DNA of 64,000 nt, taken from NCBI GenBank assembly GCA_964016885.1, contig OZ024749.1, positions 46,376,001-46,440,000 on the forward strand. Reading direction: 5' to 3'. The stretch's first letter is position 1. The number at the start of each line of letters is the position of its first letter. This document shows positions 1 through 12,551 of the stretch, in pieces. Position numbers and translations under genes: made by a program. The notes under the pieces were generated by a model. It searched no databases, was not told where the DNA came from, and saw nothing but the letters and a program-made list of their open reading frames with translations. This DNA is from Eledone cirrhosa. Taxonomy: Eukaryota.

Positions 1-675
1 TCATTATTATGAGAATAAAACTCGGATCGTGATATCAACGTGGCCGCTCAACAAGCTAGAAATAGCAGCCTAATCATCTTCAAATCAAACTCCACTCCCT
101 TAAACAAAAGAGATTGCAGTTGATAATGTCATTCCACGTATTCTGATAAAAATGTAAGATGTACAGCGAAGGCATGCTTTTCATCAAAGGAAAGGTTCTT
201 TTTTTTTTAAATATGCCGAACTTACATCTAAACACCAACAAAACATGCGCTACGTGTTAGCTGTTTCAGCTGTCATTAATTTCCAGCATTGACTATATGG
301 TTAACAAACAGTATGAGATGGTATGAGGGAGCCGGACTTTCTTTCGTGGTGTCAATACTTCTCCAAACCACCGGACAGAACGATAAAATTACAAGGTGCG
401 GCAATAGTTGCGATTCCTGTTACATGATATCTTCCATCAATTTTGTTGTTGTTGTTGATTTGTGGATAACTATTGTAGAATATATTAACGTTTCGGTGTG
501 TGTGTTTTAGTATGTGTGACGGTGGGTGTCTGTATGGATGCGAATATATGTTTACGTGGATTCATTAAGATAACAGATACGAATAAATAAAGAGGTATAG
601 CGAAAAATAAGAACAAAGAAAGAATACTGGTACCAAACAAAACATTGTAAAGTTAAGATGAATAACGTAACTTAC

Positions 676-772
676 CATTCATGAAATTATAGTGGACAAA
701 AAATTCGTCAAAGCATGGTTGTGGGCATATCAACTGGATCAAGTAAACAATCAACTGTACCGGGTCCGCCAT
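676..772 (-). CDS. MPDU1: First coding exon of mannose-P-dolichol utilization defect 1-like protein (gene continues beyond the left edge of the window)
   Basis: aaaATGGCG start, translating MADPVQLIVYLIQLICPQPCFDEFFVHYNFMN+G, then a GTAAGT donor (phase 1). Resembles the MPDU1 N-terminus (human ...[23 protein letters not shown]), recalled from memory. Confidence 0.75.
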
Positions 773-1358
773 TTTCATAAAATAATTTTATCATGTGTCA
801 ATAGAGTTACCTCTCTTGAATAACAATGACAAGGGAAATAATTCTGATAAGGGAAGTAACTTTAAATATAAGGGAGAGTAAAATGCCATTGCTTTCCATG
901 AGTGTACTCCCTCGGAATGTTATTTACACTTGGTTTGTGTATGTTTCGGAGGTTATATTTACTTCGAGATAAAATCTTATAGATGAACCGAGGTATTCTA
1001 ACCGAATCATGTGAGAGATTATGACACTAATCAACTCACTCAAAACGAATACAGCCCATCAGCTATCTACCTTACTCTGAACGCCTTGCTTACCTGGGTA
1101 CGGGTACATTAATGCTTCGATGTCTGGCACTTGCCTCGGTAGACATCCACAAAATTATTAACTATCTACCAAAAGACACATCGATTTGTATATGCGCTAC
1201 ACTTTATGTACATGTTGTTTATCGCATATCGAAGTTTTTTTTTAATATCTTCGTTTATATTTAGATAATAACAGTGTAATATATTATGCTAACCGTCATA
1301 GGTAGAAGCTCGATGCCATATAAACTTATATACAACCTATTGCTTTGTCGCTGAACAT

Positions 1359-1512
1359 TTAGGGTTGGAGATCTCCAGCGCTCTTGGTCCCCATACCACA
1401 TCTATATTTTCTGCTATCGAGGCAGATTTGACCTCCTGCGTGAGTGATAGCCACGAGATGGAATTAATATTTCAACATGTCACCCTCGCTATCCCCCAGG
1501 TAAATGCTTCAC
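1359..1512 (+). mobile_element. CRE-like non-LTR retrotransposon 3' (REL endonuclease) remnant
   Basis: Translates LGLEISSALGPHTTSIFSAIEADL...EMELIFQHVTLAIPQVNA; homologous to 9295-9500 and to the PLxxETxGxxGP...QRLSxAIQRGNA motif. Confidence 0.6.
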
Positions 1513-1679
1513 CACTCTATTCACTGGGATCATGAGGTGTTTTGCGCCTGTTGTTCTGCAAGCCAGAAAACATTCCCATACACATTCCAAGTAACAAGGT
1601 ATACTTCGCTGATATCTATGACATCCTTCGACAGAACCACATCTATAACTTTACATTTAATATTTTCTTAGCCTCCTGG

Positions 1680-1897
1680 TGCATTGAATTGGCAGTATCA
1701 ATGGAGCATCGGACAACATGGTTTATGGCATAGAGTTACGCCCTTTTTACGGTCTGAGTTCAAATCTTGCCGAGGTTAGCTTTGCCATTTAACGTTGCAG
1801 AGTCGCTAAAACAAAGTACCAGTAATGCACTGGGGTCGATTTAATCGACTTTCCCCTCCCTCAAATTGTTGGCCTTGTGCCTAAATCAGAAACCAAT
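1680..1897 (+). mobile_element. tRNA-derived SINE, major family (older subtype)
   Basis: tgaattggcagtatc head, tctgagttcaaatc B-box, gtaccagtaatgcactgg body, ggccttgtgcctaaa tail. Confidence 0.85.
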
Positions 1898-2090
1898 ATT
1901 TTCTTATCCCCCGAAAAGATACAAAATGTGCGACGAAAACTACAAGTGTTATGTACGCAAAGCTTGTAACTATAGAGCTGACTGTCACAAATGATTCTCT
2001 CTGAGTTGCTACCATATGTCATATCTGCTTGATTGTTTACAAGAAAAGTGAAACCTTCGAATCATGACGTACCATATTATATGTAGCGCC

Positions 2091-2272
2091 TGGATTGGCA
2101 GTATCGGTAGAGGGTCGGACACCATGCTTTCCAGCATAGTTACGTCCCTTTACGATCTGAGTTCAAATCCCGCCGAGGTTGACTTTGCCTTTCTTCCTTA
2201 CGGGGTCGATAAAAATAAAGTACCAGTAATGCACTGGTGAATTGCTGGCCTTGTGCCTAAAGTAGAAACAAT
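2091..2272 (+). mobile_element. tRNA-derived SINE, major family, with 18-bp TSD
   Basis: Nearly full consensus; attatatgtagcgcctgg is duplicated at 2076-2093 and 2271-2288. The central gcctttcatcc..ggggtcgataaaataaagtaccag resembles the Meta/Sauria-type SINE domain (from memory). Confidence 0.9.
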
Positions 2273-2695
2273 TATATGTAGCGCCTGGTTTAACAATAAA
2301 CCCACTAACAAACAAAGAAAAAGAAAAGAAAGAAGAATCAAGAAAACACATTGTAAGGTTCAAGGATATAATGTTTGGATTATAAATGTAATAATGGACG
2401 AGGACTGACCAGGGTCAATAATAAACAAAATACAACAACAAAAACAAAATAAATTTGGCGAAACAATTTGTTTTAATCACAATATAAGAAAATTGTAATT
2501 TAACATAAATTTCTCCTGGTAATATTTGATATTTGTTCCATTTTCATACGTAAGTTTTTCCTCCCTCCCATCAAAATCTGATTCAAAACACACACCACCC
2601 AATAATATATATATATAAATAATTACATCAGTGACATAAGTTTATATTGTCATGAGACAAATAAAAGTCATCTTTGTTTTTTTATTTTTCTCATG

Positions 2696-2745
2696 ACAGG
2701 CTGAAGAAATTGGGGCCCAGAACCTAACGAAACTTGAGTACCTGT
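2696..2745 (+). ncRNA. Type I hammerhead ribozyme motif
   Basis: acagg-CTGAAGA-aa ttggg..cctaa c-GAAA-C ttga G-TA-cctgt: 5-bp stem I, stem II, GUA cleavage triplet; followed by (TA)n. Confidence 0.75.
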
Positions 2746-2763
2746 TTAGCTCACTGTTGTAAT

Positions 2764-2888
<125 letters not shown>

Positions 2889-3024
2889 TGTGGTACTGAT
2901 ACCCAGGAGACCACTAATCATGGGAGTTCTCGATACACTGGGAGATGCAGAGTGAGTATAGAGATATGTAAATTTCTGACCATGGCACCAAGCCGAAACC
3001 TCTTGGCGCAGTGGTCGGGATTTA

Positions 3025-3068
<44 letters not shown>

Positions 3069-3197
3069 CTCACTCTCTCTCTCCCCCTCCTCCTCCTCCT
3101 CCTCCTCCCCGTACTACTACTACTGCAGCTGCTACTGTTAGTCTAATGTAAAAGTTGTTAAGGGAGAATTTCAGTGACATAAACACCAAGTGTTACA

Positions 3198-3428
3198 TCA
3201 AAACTTGCGCCAAAACGGTGCTGCTGGAAGATACGTTCCTTCACTGTAGATCGGACATTTCTTTAGATTACACGGAATCGATAGCCAGCAGTAACGTATA
3301 TCACATAGACGTTTTCCGTGACATGTCATGTTGTTGGGAAGAAAGATCGATGTGTGGTTTTCATTGCTTCTTGATTCAATACCCAACCATATTTTATTTT
3401 TACATCCATTCCGTTTAGCACAGGAGAT
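3198..3428 (-). CDS. SIAE: SIAE terminal coding exon 9
   Basis: acAG acceptor in phase 0; ISCAKRNGC...DIRYCWLSIPCNLKKCPIYSEGTYLPAAPFWRKF*. Matches the SIAE C-terminal RYxW..PC..CPxY..LPAxPF pattern. The nine exons sum to 1515 nt (504 aa + stop). Confidence 0.92.
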   Translation of the reverse strand: MSCAKRNGCKNKIWLGIESRSNENHTSIFLPNNMTCHGKRLCDIRYCWLSIPCNLKKCPIYSEGTYLPAAPFWRKF

Positions 3429-3714
3429 CTGTAATATATAGAAAAATAAACAAAGAAATTATACGATATTAATTATTTTCACTGGCCCCCGGGGGGTCAA
3501 CAAAAATGTCATTAATTATTTCAAGAGGTCTTTGAGTTTCTTATTCTAATTAATTATTTTATTTATCTTATTGTTTTTTTGTTTTTTTTTGTTTTTTTTG
3601 CAATCAACTGATTGCAGCTTCGAGCATTCTATCATATCTTATTGCCTCCGGGTGAAGGCAGGTGCTTCTAAGTGACGGGGACTGTTCAGAAAATCGTCGC
3701 ACACACGCACACAA

Positions 3715-3760
<46 letters not shown>

Positions 3761-3840
3761 GTATTTGGATGTATATATATACACATACAAATACATATAT
3801 ATATATATACATATACATATATAGCCATATAGATATAAAT

Positions 3841-3879
<39 letters not shown>

Positions 3880-4006
3880 TTATATAACTTATAATATATA
3901 TATATATATTCTGCTCCTTTACTGTCGAGCGCTTTATATTATATATATATATATATATTTATATATACATATATATACAAATACATATATGTATATATGT
4001 ATCTAC

Positions 4007-4080
<74 letters not shown>

Positions 4081-4226
4081 GCGTGTATACAAACACACAC
4101 ACACACATATATATCATATATATATATATATATATAAATATATATAATAAAGTAAAAAGGTAGAGTTAAATAGGCGCGTGATCGCTAAATAGGCGGGTGA
4201 TTGTCTATTCTTTCCTCGCATATATA

Positions 4227-4308
<82 letters not shown>

Positions 4309-4450
4309 GCACACACATGCACACACACTCACACACAACGAGTAGTAGTTTAATTAAATACACTGTGAAACTCTACGTTCCGATTTCTTTAAAAAAAAAT
4401 AATATGACAAAACACCAGGAACTGACTACCAAATATTTTCCTTCTTTATA

Positions 4451-4575
4451 CAGGGTCGCCCAAAGGTCGCGATACATAAAAAAATAATTATGTTTTATAA
4501 GAAACAATTTATTCAAAATAAATAAATATGGAAACTTAAACATTTCCTATATATTTCGACTTTTGGGCCACCCTG
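4451..4575. mobile_element. Tc1/mariner-type MITE
   Basis: TA|cagggtcgcccaaaggtcg ... cgacttttgggccaccctg|TA: terminal inverted repeats with a TA duplication. Confidence 0.8.
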
Positions 4576-5200
4576 TATATGACGCTGGTTTTTCATTTGA
4601 TGGAGATTTGCTAGCTACTTTAGCAATTGGAAAGACCACATAGAAGCTTCCTTGTTGAGGCGAAGCAGTGTTAATACAAGGTATATATGTAAATGAAAGA
4701 CACAGTATGTATGTAAATGAAAGACCACTGTACGATTATAGTGGACGTGGTGATTATTATTGGACGAAATCGTTTATAAGGGAAATATGCTAAACGAAGT
4801 TCAAGAATGTAGCTGTGAAAAATCAATGGTGAATATTCTTTTATTCATTCACTGGTTACAGTCATTGGATTGTGGGCTTGCTGGAGATCAGCCTTCAAAG
4901 GAATTAGTCGATCATATCGACCATATTTCTGTCTTATGTATTTCATCCCGCTCTAAGGCGGAGAAAGGTCAAAGTAGACCGGGCGTAAAGGGAGGCAATC
5001 GTGACAGATCGAAATGCCACAAGGCATGTTAAGTCAAGTCGATACAGCGATATTTTGGCATCATACGTTGATACACACACACACACACACACACACATCT
5101 ATATTTTCATATATATTGAATTTCACCCTTTTGCACAGCGTAACTCACACACACACACACATATGTATATATAGACTGATATATAGATATACATACATAT

Positions 5201-5237
<37 letters not shown>

Positions 5238-5266
5238 GACTGATAGATAGATATACATACAAACAT

Positions 5267-5326
<60 letters not shown>

Positions 5327-5694
5327 ACATACATATATACACGCATATGTGTGTGTGTGCGTACCGTATTGGATCTCCATCGTTTCTGACGATGAATGTT
5401 TCAGCTGTTTGAACAAAGGAACAGCCTGGTTGGAAAATTAACGTGCACATGGTTGACATTACACACACACTAGCAACCTTAACGTAGTTGGCAGGCAAGT
5501 CAGAGTAACGCAATGTATGGAAAAGTTTGCCCTTTGTGTTACGCATAAAACTAAAGTTTGCCAGTTGAATGGAAGAGATAAATGTGAAACAAAGTCTTCT
5601 GTTCCAGGATAAAACAAGTCACAGATATTCGATCTCATCACCATAAGACCGTGAACTGAACGCCCTAACCATGTTTCGTTAAACATACAAATAT

Positions 5695-5986
5695 ATTTAG
5701 TAGAAATAGAAGCTTTCGCGGTATTTTTTACTAAAGAAATCTTTGCCAGATAGTGGGGTTAAAAGTCCTTTAAAAAAGAGAAAAGGATGAGAATTGACGT
5801 ACATGGAAGTCGAACCCACATCTTTGATTAAGATGTGGGTTCGACTCCCGTGTACGTCAATTCTCATCCTTTTCCATTTTTTAGAGAATTTTCAACCCCA
5901 CTATCAGGCTAAGGTTTCATTAGTCAAAAAACGACGAAAGCTTCTATTTCTAATAAATTTCAAACCACTCGCTGTGGCAATACAAA

Positions 5987-5990
<4 letters not shown>
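5695..5990. repeat. Palindromic element with about 130-bp arms, a tRNA-like B-box at its centre and a 30-bp tail before (TA)n
   Basis: Arms at 5695-5824 and 5830-5958; GTGGGTTCGACTCCC at 5835-5849. Confidence 0.75.
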
Positions 5991-6082
<92 letters not shown>

Positions 6083-6220
6083 TATTTGTTTATGACAATA
6101 TATATATAATAATTTGTTTATGACAATGTATATATAATGGCCCTGTTATTTTTTTATCTAAGGACATTTTTCCAATTCCACCCCGCCCGTCCTCTCAATC
6201 TATCTAATTTCTCATTCTTT

Positions 6221-6254
6221 CTTCTGATGAAAGACAAGCGTCCGAAACGTTAAG
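6221..6254 (+). ncRNA. Minimal type I hammerhead motif (Penelope-like)
   Basis: ctt-CTGATGA-aa gac aagc gtc c-GAAACGTT-aag, with palindromic ACGT stem III. Related truncated or decayed copies at 25381-25490(-) and about 62273-62380(+). Confidence 0.7.
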
Positions 6255-6336
6255 TCCCTCTTCCTGTTATTTCAAGCGTTAACCTAATATAATCCCTCCA
6301 TATACTGTACCTATTGTGCTGTTATTTCCGTTTATC

Positions 6337-6388
<52 letters not shown>

Positions 6389-6715
6389 ACACACACTCGA
6401 ACACACACACACACTCGAACACACACAAACACACACACATACATATATATATAGTAGTTACATTTCCTACCTACCTATCTACATAACATTCGGCAATATA
6501 TCTCTAAAGTTCAGCTAGTATATTTGTTAACTGTTTTCCAGTAATTAACTTCTGTTTTTGTTCGAAACCAGCTCATGATTAACAGGAAATATTCATGTAA
6601 TTAAAAAAAAAAAAAATAATAAGTAAATTACCACACATATATGTACATCCACACGTGCCCACACTAATGTATATATCCAGGGAGTGTAACGCGGAGTTAC
6701 TATATATATACACAC

Positions 6716-6771
<56 letters not shown>

Positions 6772-7423
6772 AAACACGAGAAGAAAGAAGAATACTGCGT
6801 GGTTTGCACATGGGTTACATATGACAAAAATAGTCTTTCGTCAGTGATTTGCCAACCATCATTGATATTTCATCGCATTAAAAATCATATACCTCAGGTT
6901 GGTGCGAGCAATAACTAAAAAAAGCTATTGGGACAAGTAAATCGCGTAAAGCGTGTGAGACAAGTAAACAACATAGAAGGATGAAAGCAACGCAAAGATA
7001 GGAATAAACAAGCAACATGGTTATCCGGTCAGCATAAGCTGGGTGGATTTCATGAGCGATCGGGATACAGAACGTCCGACGTGAGTGAGATGTGAGCAAG
7101 AAGAGAACCCACTACAAGCCAAACGGGAGGAAGTGAGAAGGGGAGAAACAGAGAGTGAGTGAGTGGAAGTGCGAGGAAGAGGTCAGTCGAGAGAAAGTGT
7201 AACTGACAGTGGGGGCGAAAGAAGGTGAGAGCAACAGAGAGAACGGGGAAGCAGTAAGAGAGAAACAGACAAACGCAGCCGAGGTAAATATATATAAAAA
7301 AAACATGAGAAGAAAGAGGAACACTGCGTGGCTGCACATATTATATATATATACATATATATTTTTATACTTGGGTCGGGTCATATTTGTGTAATATTGC
7401 CAGAATTAATTTTAATATAGAAA

Positions 7424-7474
7424 AGCTTCTACAGGACTAGAACTGTTTCATTCATGAGAAATCATCAGGAAGCT
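7424..7474 (-). ncRNA. Type I hammerhead motif, family B
   Basis: agcttc-CTGATGA-t ttc tcat gaa t-GAAA-CAG ttctagtc CTG-TA-gaagct. Homologous to 55974-56026 with a compensatory change in stem I. Confidence 0.8.
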
Positions 7475-7577
7475 GACTGTCAAAGTGAATGTGGTGGTAT
7501 TTATACCTTTTCTGGCGGTAGGGGAGGGTGGAGATTGGGATAGGTGGAGGTCACTGGTTGATGGATTTAAAGAAAAG

Positions 7578-7633
<56 letters not shown>

Positions 7634-7775
7634 TATATACATATATATATACACACATATATATACATATATATATACACACATATATATACATATATAT
7701 ATATACACACATATATATACATATATATTTATATATATATATATATACATATATACACCCCCACACACACACACG

Positions 7776-7811
<36 letters not shown>

Positions 7812-8287
7812 CATTATCCATCTTCACAATTTAATTCAAAATGTTTGAACAAATAACGAACTACGACAACAACAGCTGCAACAACAACGACAGAAATATC
7901 AACACAATCACCAGCAACAACATTTAGGAGAAACCAAAACTAATAACTCACAAAGATTGTAAGATTACATTACCTTAGTCGTCAAATTGATCACAGCTTA
8001 TATAAACGTAGTTATGTCACATTTGGAGAAAAAAAAGCCAAATACACATACATTCACAATTAGGCAACAACAGAACCATTATGTAGTTTCGGTCTCTGTT
8101 AGAAATAACAACTAAATCGCTGTTTTAAATTCTCCCGTCAAATTGCAAAACGTAGTCCAAGGTATATTACGTCTAATTAAAAAAAAAACACAAAAAAAAA
8201 ACACATTGTCATGTCACGAAAATATATTTGAATATAATTCTGCACGATCAGGTCTGACTCTGACCTGAAGAAAAAGAACAACAACAA

Positions 8288-8444
8288 TAGCTACTACTAC
8301 TACTACTAATAATAATAATAATAATAATACTGCTGCTGCTGCTGCTGCTGCTACTACTACTACTACTAATGCTGCTGCTGCTACTACTACTACTACTACT
8401 ACTACTAGTGCTGCTGCTGCTGCTATTACTACTACTACTACGAC

Positions 8445-8479
<35 letters not shown>

Positions 8480-8542
8480 ACACTACCACTACCACCACTA
8501 CCGCCACCACCATTACGACCACCACCGCCTCCACCACCACTG

Positions 8543-8615
<73 letters not shown>

Positions 8616-8722
8616 TACTACTATTGCTACTACTACTACTGCTGCTGCTACTACTACTACTACTACCACTACTACTACTACTGCTGCTGCTGCTGCTACT
8701 ACTACTACTACTACTACTGCTG

Positions 8723-8767
<45 letters not shown>

Positions 8768-8800
8768 TTGCTACTACTACTACTACTACTACTACTACTA
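8288..8800. repeat. Compound trinucleotide repeat (CTA/CTG/CCA/AAT)n
   Basis: Directly visible; explains the poly-S, poly-V and poly-L ORFs. Confidence 0.95.
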
Positions 8801-9294
8801 AACAAAGTCTACATATAACTTATTTCCTAGCTGTGGAATATTACCTTGAATATTTAGTAAATCTGAACACGATGTTTGAAGTATTTATTTTTTTACCATA
8901 AATTAGGACTAATTATATATTCCTGGAGACAAGAACTTCAACTATGTAATAAGAAAAGAAAGTAAAATAAAATAAGAAACTTCCTCATTAGCAACAAATT
9001 ACTAGCTTACAAGATTGAATAAATACGCAAAAGAGCCAAAACGCTGTGTGAATTCAATTATACACCTGAACGTAGTCAACTTTACATTTTATTTTTACAG
9101 CGAAGAGAAGGTGATGACGGGCAGTATTTAGTATTATATGTTCTGAGTTCGAAATGAATATCAGTAAAGTATCTCAGAGGAAATTCGTTGAGCCTTTTTT
9201 TTTTTTTTTTAGAAAATGTATTACATATACTGGTTTTCTGCTAGCATGTGTAATGTGCATATTGATATTATACGCAAGTATATATGCATGTAGA

Positions 9295-9500
9295 TATGAG
9301 GCACCGGTCGTTCTCCGACAAGTTCGCGGTCGTGCCCTTGGCATGGAGACTTCTGGTGTCCTTGGCCCTAGGGCTACCTCCCTATTCACCTCCATAGGAG
9401 CTGAGCTGGACAGCCGGAGGTGTGAGCCTCGCGAGTTGGAATGGCTCTTCCAGCGCATCTTCCTTACCATCCTCCGCCGGGGCTGTGGGGAGGCCCGCAC
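9295..9500 (+). mobile_element. CRE-like non-LTR retrotransposon 3' remnant
   Basis: GC-rich island translating LGMETSGVLGPRATSLFTSIGAELDSRRCEPRELEWLFQRIFLTILRRG. Confidence 0.7.
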
Positions 9501-10039
9501 GTGGGACCCCATTTGCTCACTATACGGATTAATATGCAAAGTTATAAACTATTGTAAATAAATCATTATTGCGGCTTGCTTTTTCTGTAATCAGTAACGT
9601 AATCCATGATACATTTAAAAAAAGACGATATTATATATAAACTGCATTAGGAGAAAATTAGTGATGGAAATATATGAATGTTTATTTAAGCGATCGCTAA
9701 CCGGAAGTGTTGACATTTGAAACTTTTAAAGGAGTGAATCTTAAAATAAGCAACAATATTATTTATATTTAATCAAGAATAACCAAATTTAGTAGATAAA
9801 TTATGAAATTATGATAAAAATATATATTCTGGACGCAGTCCCACACTCCTTACTTTATTATTGTTTAGATTGTATGTATATATGTATGGTCTCATAACTC
9901 CTGATAGAGTCGTAGGTGCATCGTATTGACATACAGCGTCTCTTGGGCATTTTAAGCCTGGCGGAGCCCATCGCTCTCTAGGCCTGAGTAAGATAGAAAG
10001 CGAGAGAAAGGAAATGAGAAAGAGATATGGAGGAAAAAT

Positions 10040-10442
10040 CGAACCCAGTACTAAACTAGTACTTTTTTTTTATCAACCTCGAAAGGGTGAAAGGCACAGT
10101 TGACTTCGGTGGGATTTGAACTCAGAGAGCAGAAAGCCGGAACGAATACCATAAAGCATCTTGTCCGACATTCTAACGACTCTACCAATTCGCCGCCTGT
10201 TACATGTATTTGAAATCGCATAAATTTTTTTTTTAAATAGGCACAAGGCCAGCAATTTCTTTGATGGTGAGGTGGGAAAAGTCACTTTAATCAATATCAG
10301 TAGTGAAGTGGTTCTTTATTATATCGACCCCGGGAGGATGATAAGTAAAGTTGATATGGAGTATGTTTGAACTAAGAACGAAAGAAGTAACGAAACGCCA
10401 CAAAGCGATTTATATGACGTTCTAAAGTTACTAATCCACCAC
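10040..10442 (-). mobile_element. Two diverged SINE copies of the major superfamily
   Basis: gaaaggcacagttgacttcggtgggatttgaactcag, and a second decayed copy with ggcacaaggccagcaatt. Confidence 0.7.
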
Positions 10443-10559
10443 TCTTGGAAATCTTTTAATGATCACAAGGCACCATTCTTATCAGTATATCAACAGGAAC
10501 TTTCATTACCTTAGCTCAACGTCTTCCTCGCTCATTACTTTAATTAGATGTAATTTTTC

Positions 10560-10730
10560 TAGCGTTCTAGGAAATCCTCCAACTACCAACAATTCTTAGA
10601 TCATATCTTTTCCTTCATCGACGATATGTATCACACACCACTCCACTATTAAGGAATTATTCTCGGTGACTTTAACGCACACAGCAGTACTTGGCTCTTA
10701 TACTTAACTCCAAATGAGACCTCGTTCCCA
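10560..10730 (+). mobile_element. Decayed LINE AP-endonuclease fragment
   Basis: att att ctc ggt gac ttt aac gca cac agc agt act tgg = IILGDFNAHSSTW motif. Confidence 0.6.
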
Positions 10731-11161
10731 TGTTAAATAAATCATTATTATTAACACAGTTGTGCTACTGCAGATCGAGTTAATATTTACTCTATTTGTA
10801 TTCTTAGTAATATTGACTATACATTTTTCCAGAGGTCTTTTATTTATCAACTATTCAGCTTCGAATGAAGAAGACTGAGGCTAAATCCGATTTCATTTTT
10901 TAAATGCAGAATAGGAAATCAGAAATACACGGAGGATGTATGAATGATCACAAACGTCTATCAAAAATCATTCACGAACAAATGATTGGGAACATTTGTT
11001 CGATGTTGGCAATACTATCTACTTGGATATCTTGATCGATCTTAAATATAATTATGTAAGCTACACTGCTTATCGTTCTACGAGAAAACTTTGGAAAGTT
11101 TTCATTTCTTGGCTCGAAAATCACCGATTCCTCGGTTTACTCGTATATACATAGGCAACAA

Positions 11162-11445
11162 GTGGAGGCACGTGGCCTAGTGGTAAGAGTGTTGGACTTA
11201 CGATCATAATGTCGTGGGTTCGATTCCTGGGTTGCGTGTTGTGTTCTTGAGCAAAACACTTCATTTCACGTTGCTCCAGTAAACTCAGCTGAACATGAGT
11301 TCCAGCAATAGCTGGAGGTTTAACCCTACGATGGACTGGCGTCCTGTCCAGGGGGCAGTCTTGTACTCTCAGTCGCTTCACGCCATGAAACCGGGATAAG
11401 TACCGGCCAAATGAGCCTTCTGGCTTAAGAGAGACTTTAGACTTT
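11162..11445 (+). mobile_element. tRNA-derived CORE-type SINE, apparently full length
   Basis: A-box tggcctagtggtaa, B-box ggttcgattcc, CORE-like tgtgttcttgagcaaaacacttcattt, gatggactggcgtcctgtccagggg block, and an agacttt repeat tail. Confidence 0.85.
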
Positions 11446-11466
11446 ATTTTTAGACATAGGCAAAAT

Positions 11467-11559
<93 letters not shown>

Positions 11560-11574
11560 ACACACATATATATA

Positions 11575-11736
11575 TAACGAAGGAACTGTGGTAAGGAATC
11601 GCGTGGACCACAACGCCCCAGAGTACTCAATACTTTGGGTAGTAGAGTGGGTAATAGGAAAATGTTCAAGACCCCGACGGCAGAGCTCAAGCCGTTGAAC
11701 CGGCTTGAGCTCTGCCGTCGAGATCTTGAACATCTT

Positions 11737-11740
<4 letters not shown>
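11575..11740 (-). mobile_element. Family A hairpin+tail element
   Basis: taacgaagg...tail, then arms around gaccccgacggcagagctcaagccg; flanked by TA repeats. Confidence 0.8.
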
Positions 11741-11769
<29 letters not shown>

Positions 11770-11792
11770 CACATACGCACACACACACACAC

Positions 11793-11858
<66 letters not shown>

Positions 11859-11866
11859 AGACTTAC

Positions 11867-12050
11867 CCGGAAACCTTTCTTTGAACGGATATCTAAGACT
11901 CTGTTGTACTGTATCTCTATTTCATCACTTTTCACTAAGAATCTCTGTGGAAACGGACCCTGGTAATCATTATTTGTGGAATTATAATCTAAAGACTTCA
12001 ATCCTTTAATTAGCCTGTCTGCAATGTCTTCTTTGTACCTTGGGTGAACA
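11867..12050 (-). CDS. SIAE: SIAE coding exon 8 (contains catalytic His, VHP)
   Basis: ttAG acceptor; (S)[13 protein letters not shown]...YQGPFP...[10 protein letters not shown]; GTAAGT donor; phase 2 in, phase 0 out. Confidence 0.93.
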
Positions 12051-12143
12051 CTAAAGTTTAAAAAATAAGAAAATATGTTTTGGTACACGTGGTGAGTATA
12101 AGACAAACATACACTTATGTGCTCTGTCACACATATACATCCC

Positions 12144-12231
<88 letters not shown>

Positions 12232-12237
12232 AACATA

Positions 12238-12272
<35 letters not shown>

Positions 12273-12306
12273 GCGTGTGTATGTGTGTGTGTGTGTGTGT
12301 TTGTGT

Positions 12307-12370
<64 letters not shown>

Positions 12371-12373
<3 letters not shown>

Positions 12374-12551
12374 GAAAAGAGTCATGACCCCGACGGCTGA
12401 GATCCGAAGTGTTCGGATCTAGCTTTCGAAACGGCCAGAGCTCAGCCGTCGGGGTCCTGACTCTTTTCCTATTACCCACTCTACTACCACAAGTATCGAG
12501 TACTCTGGTGCGTAATGGTCCACCTGGTATCTTACCACACTTTCTTTGTTA
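12371..12551 (+). mobile_element. Family A hairpin+tail element
   Basis: taggaaaagagtca..gaccccgacggctgag / ctcagccgtcggggtcctgactcttttccta + tail; follows (TA)n. Confidence 0.8.

Noticed and set aside
5365-5550. 186-nt AG..GT-bounded open segment in the last SIAE intron
   Set aside because: Open only in phase 2-2; in the phase 0 intron it reads TTT TAT GCG TAA (stop), and there is no recognisable homology.
8214-8818. Poly-S/V/L ORFs and a possible alternative terminal exon (8264-8214, VRVRPDRAELYSNIFS*)
   Set aside because: The ORFs are trinucleotide repeats. The acceptor looks plausible, but the peptide has no SIAE similarity and a proper terminal exon exists at 3428.
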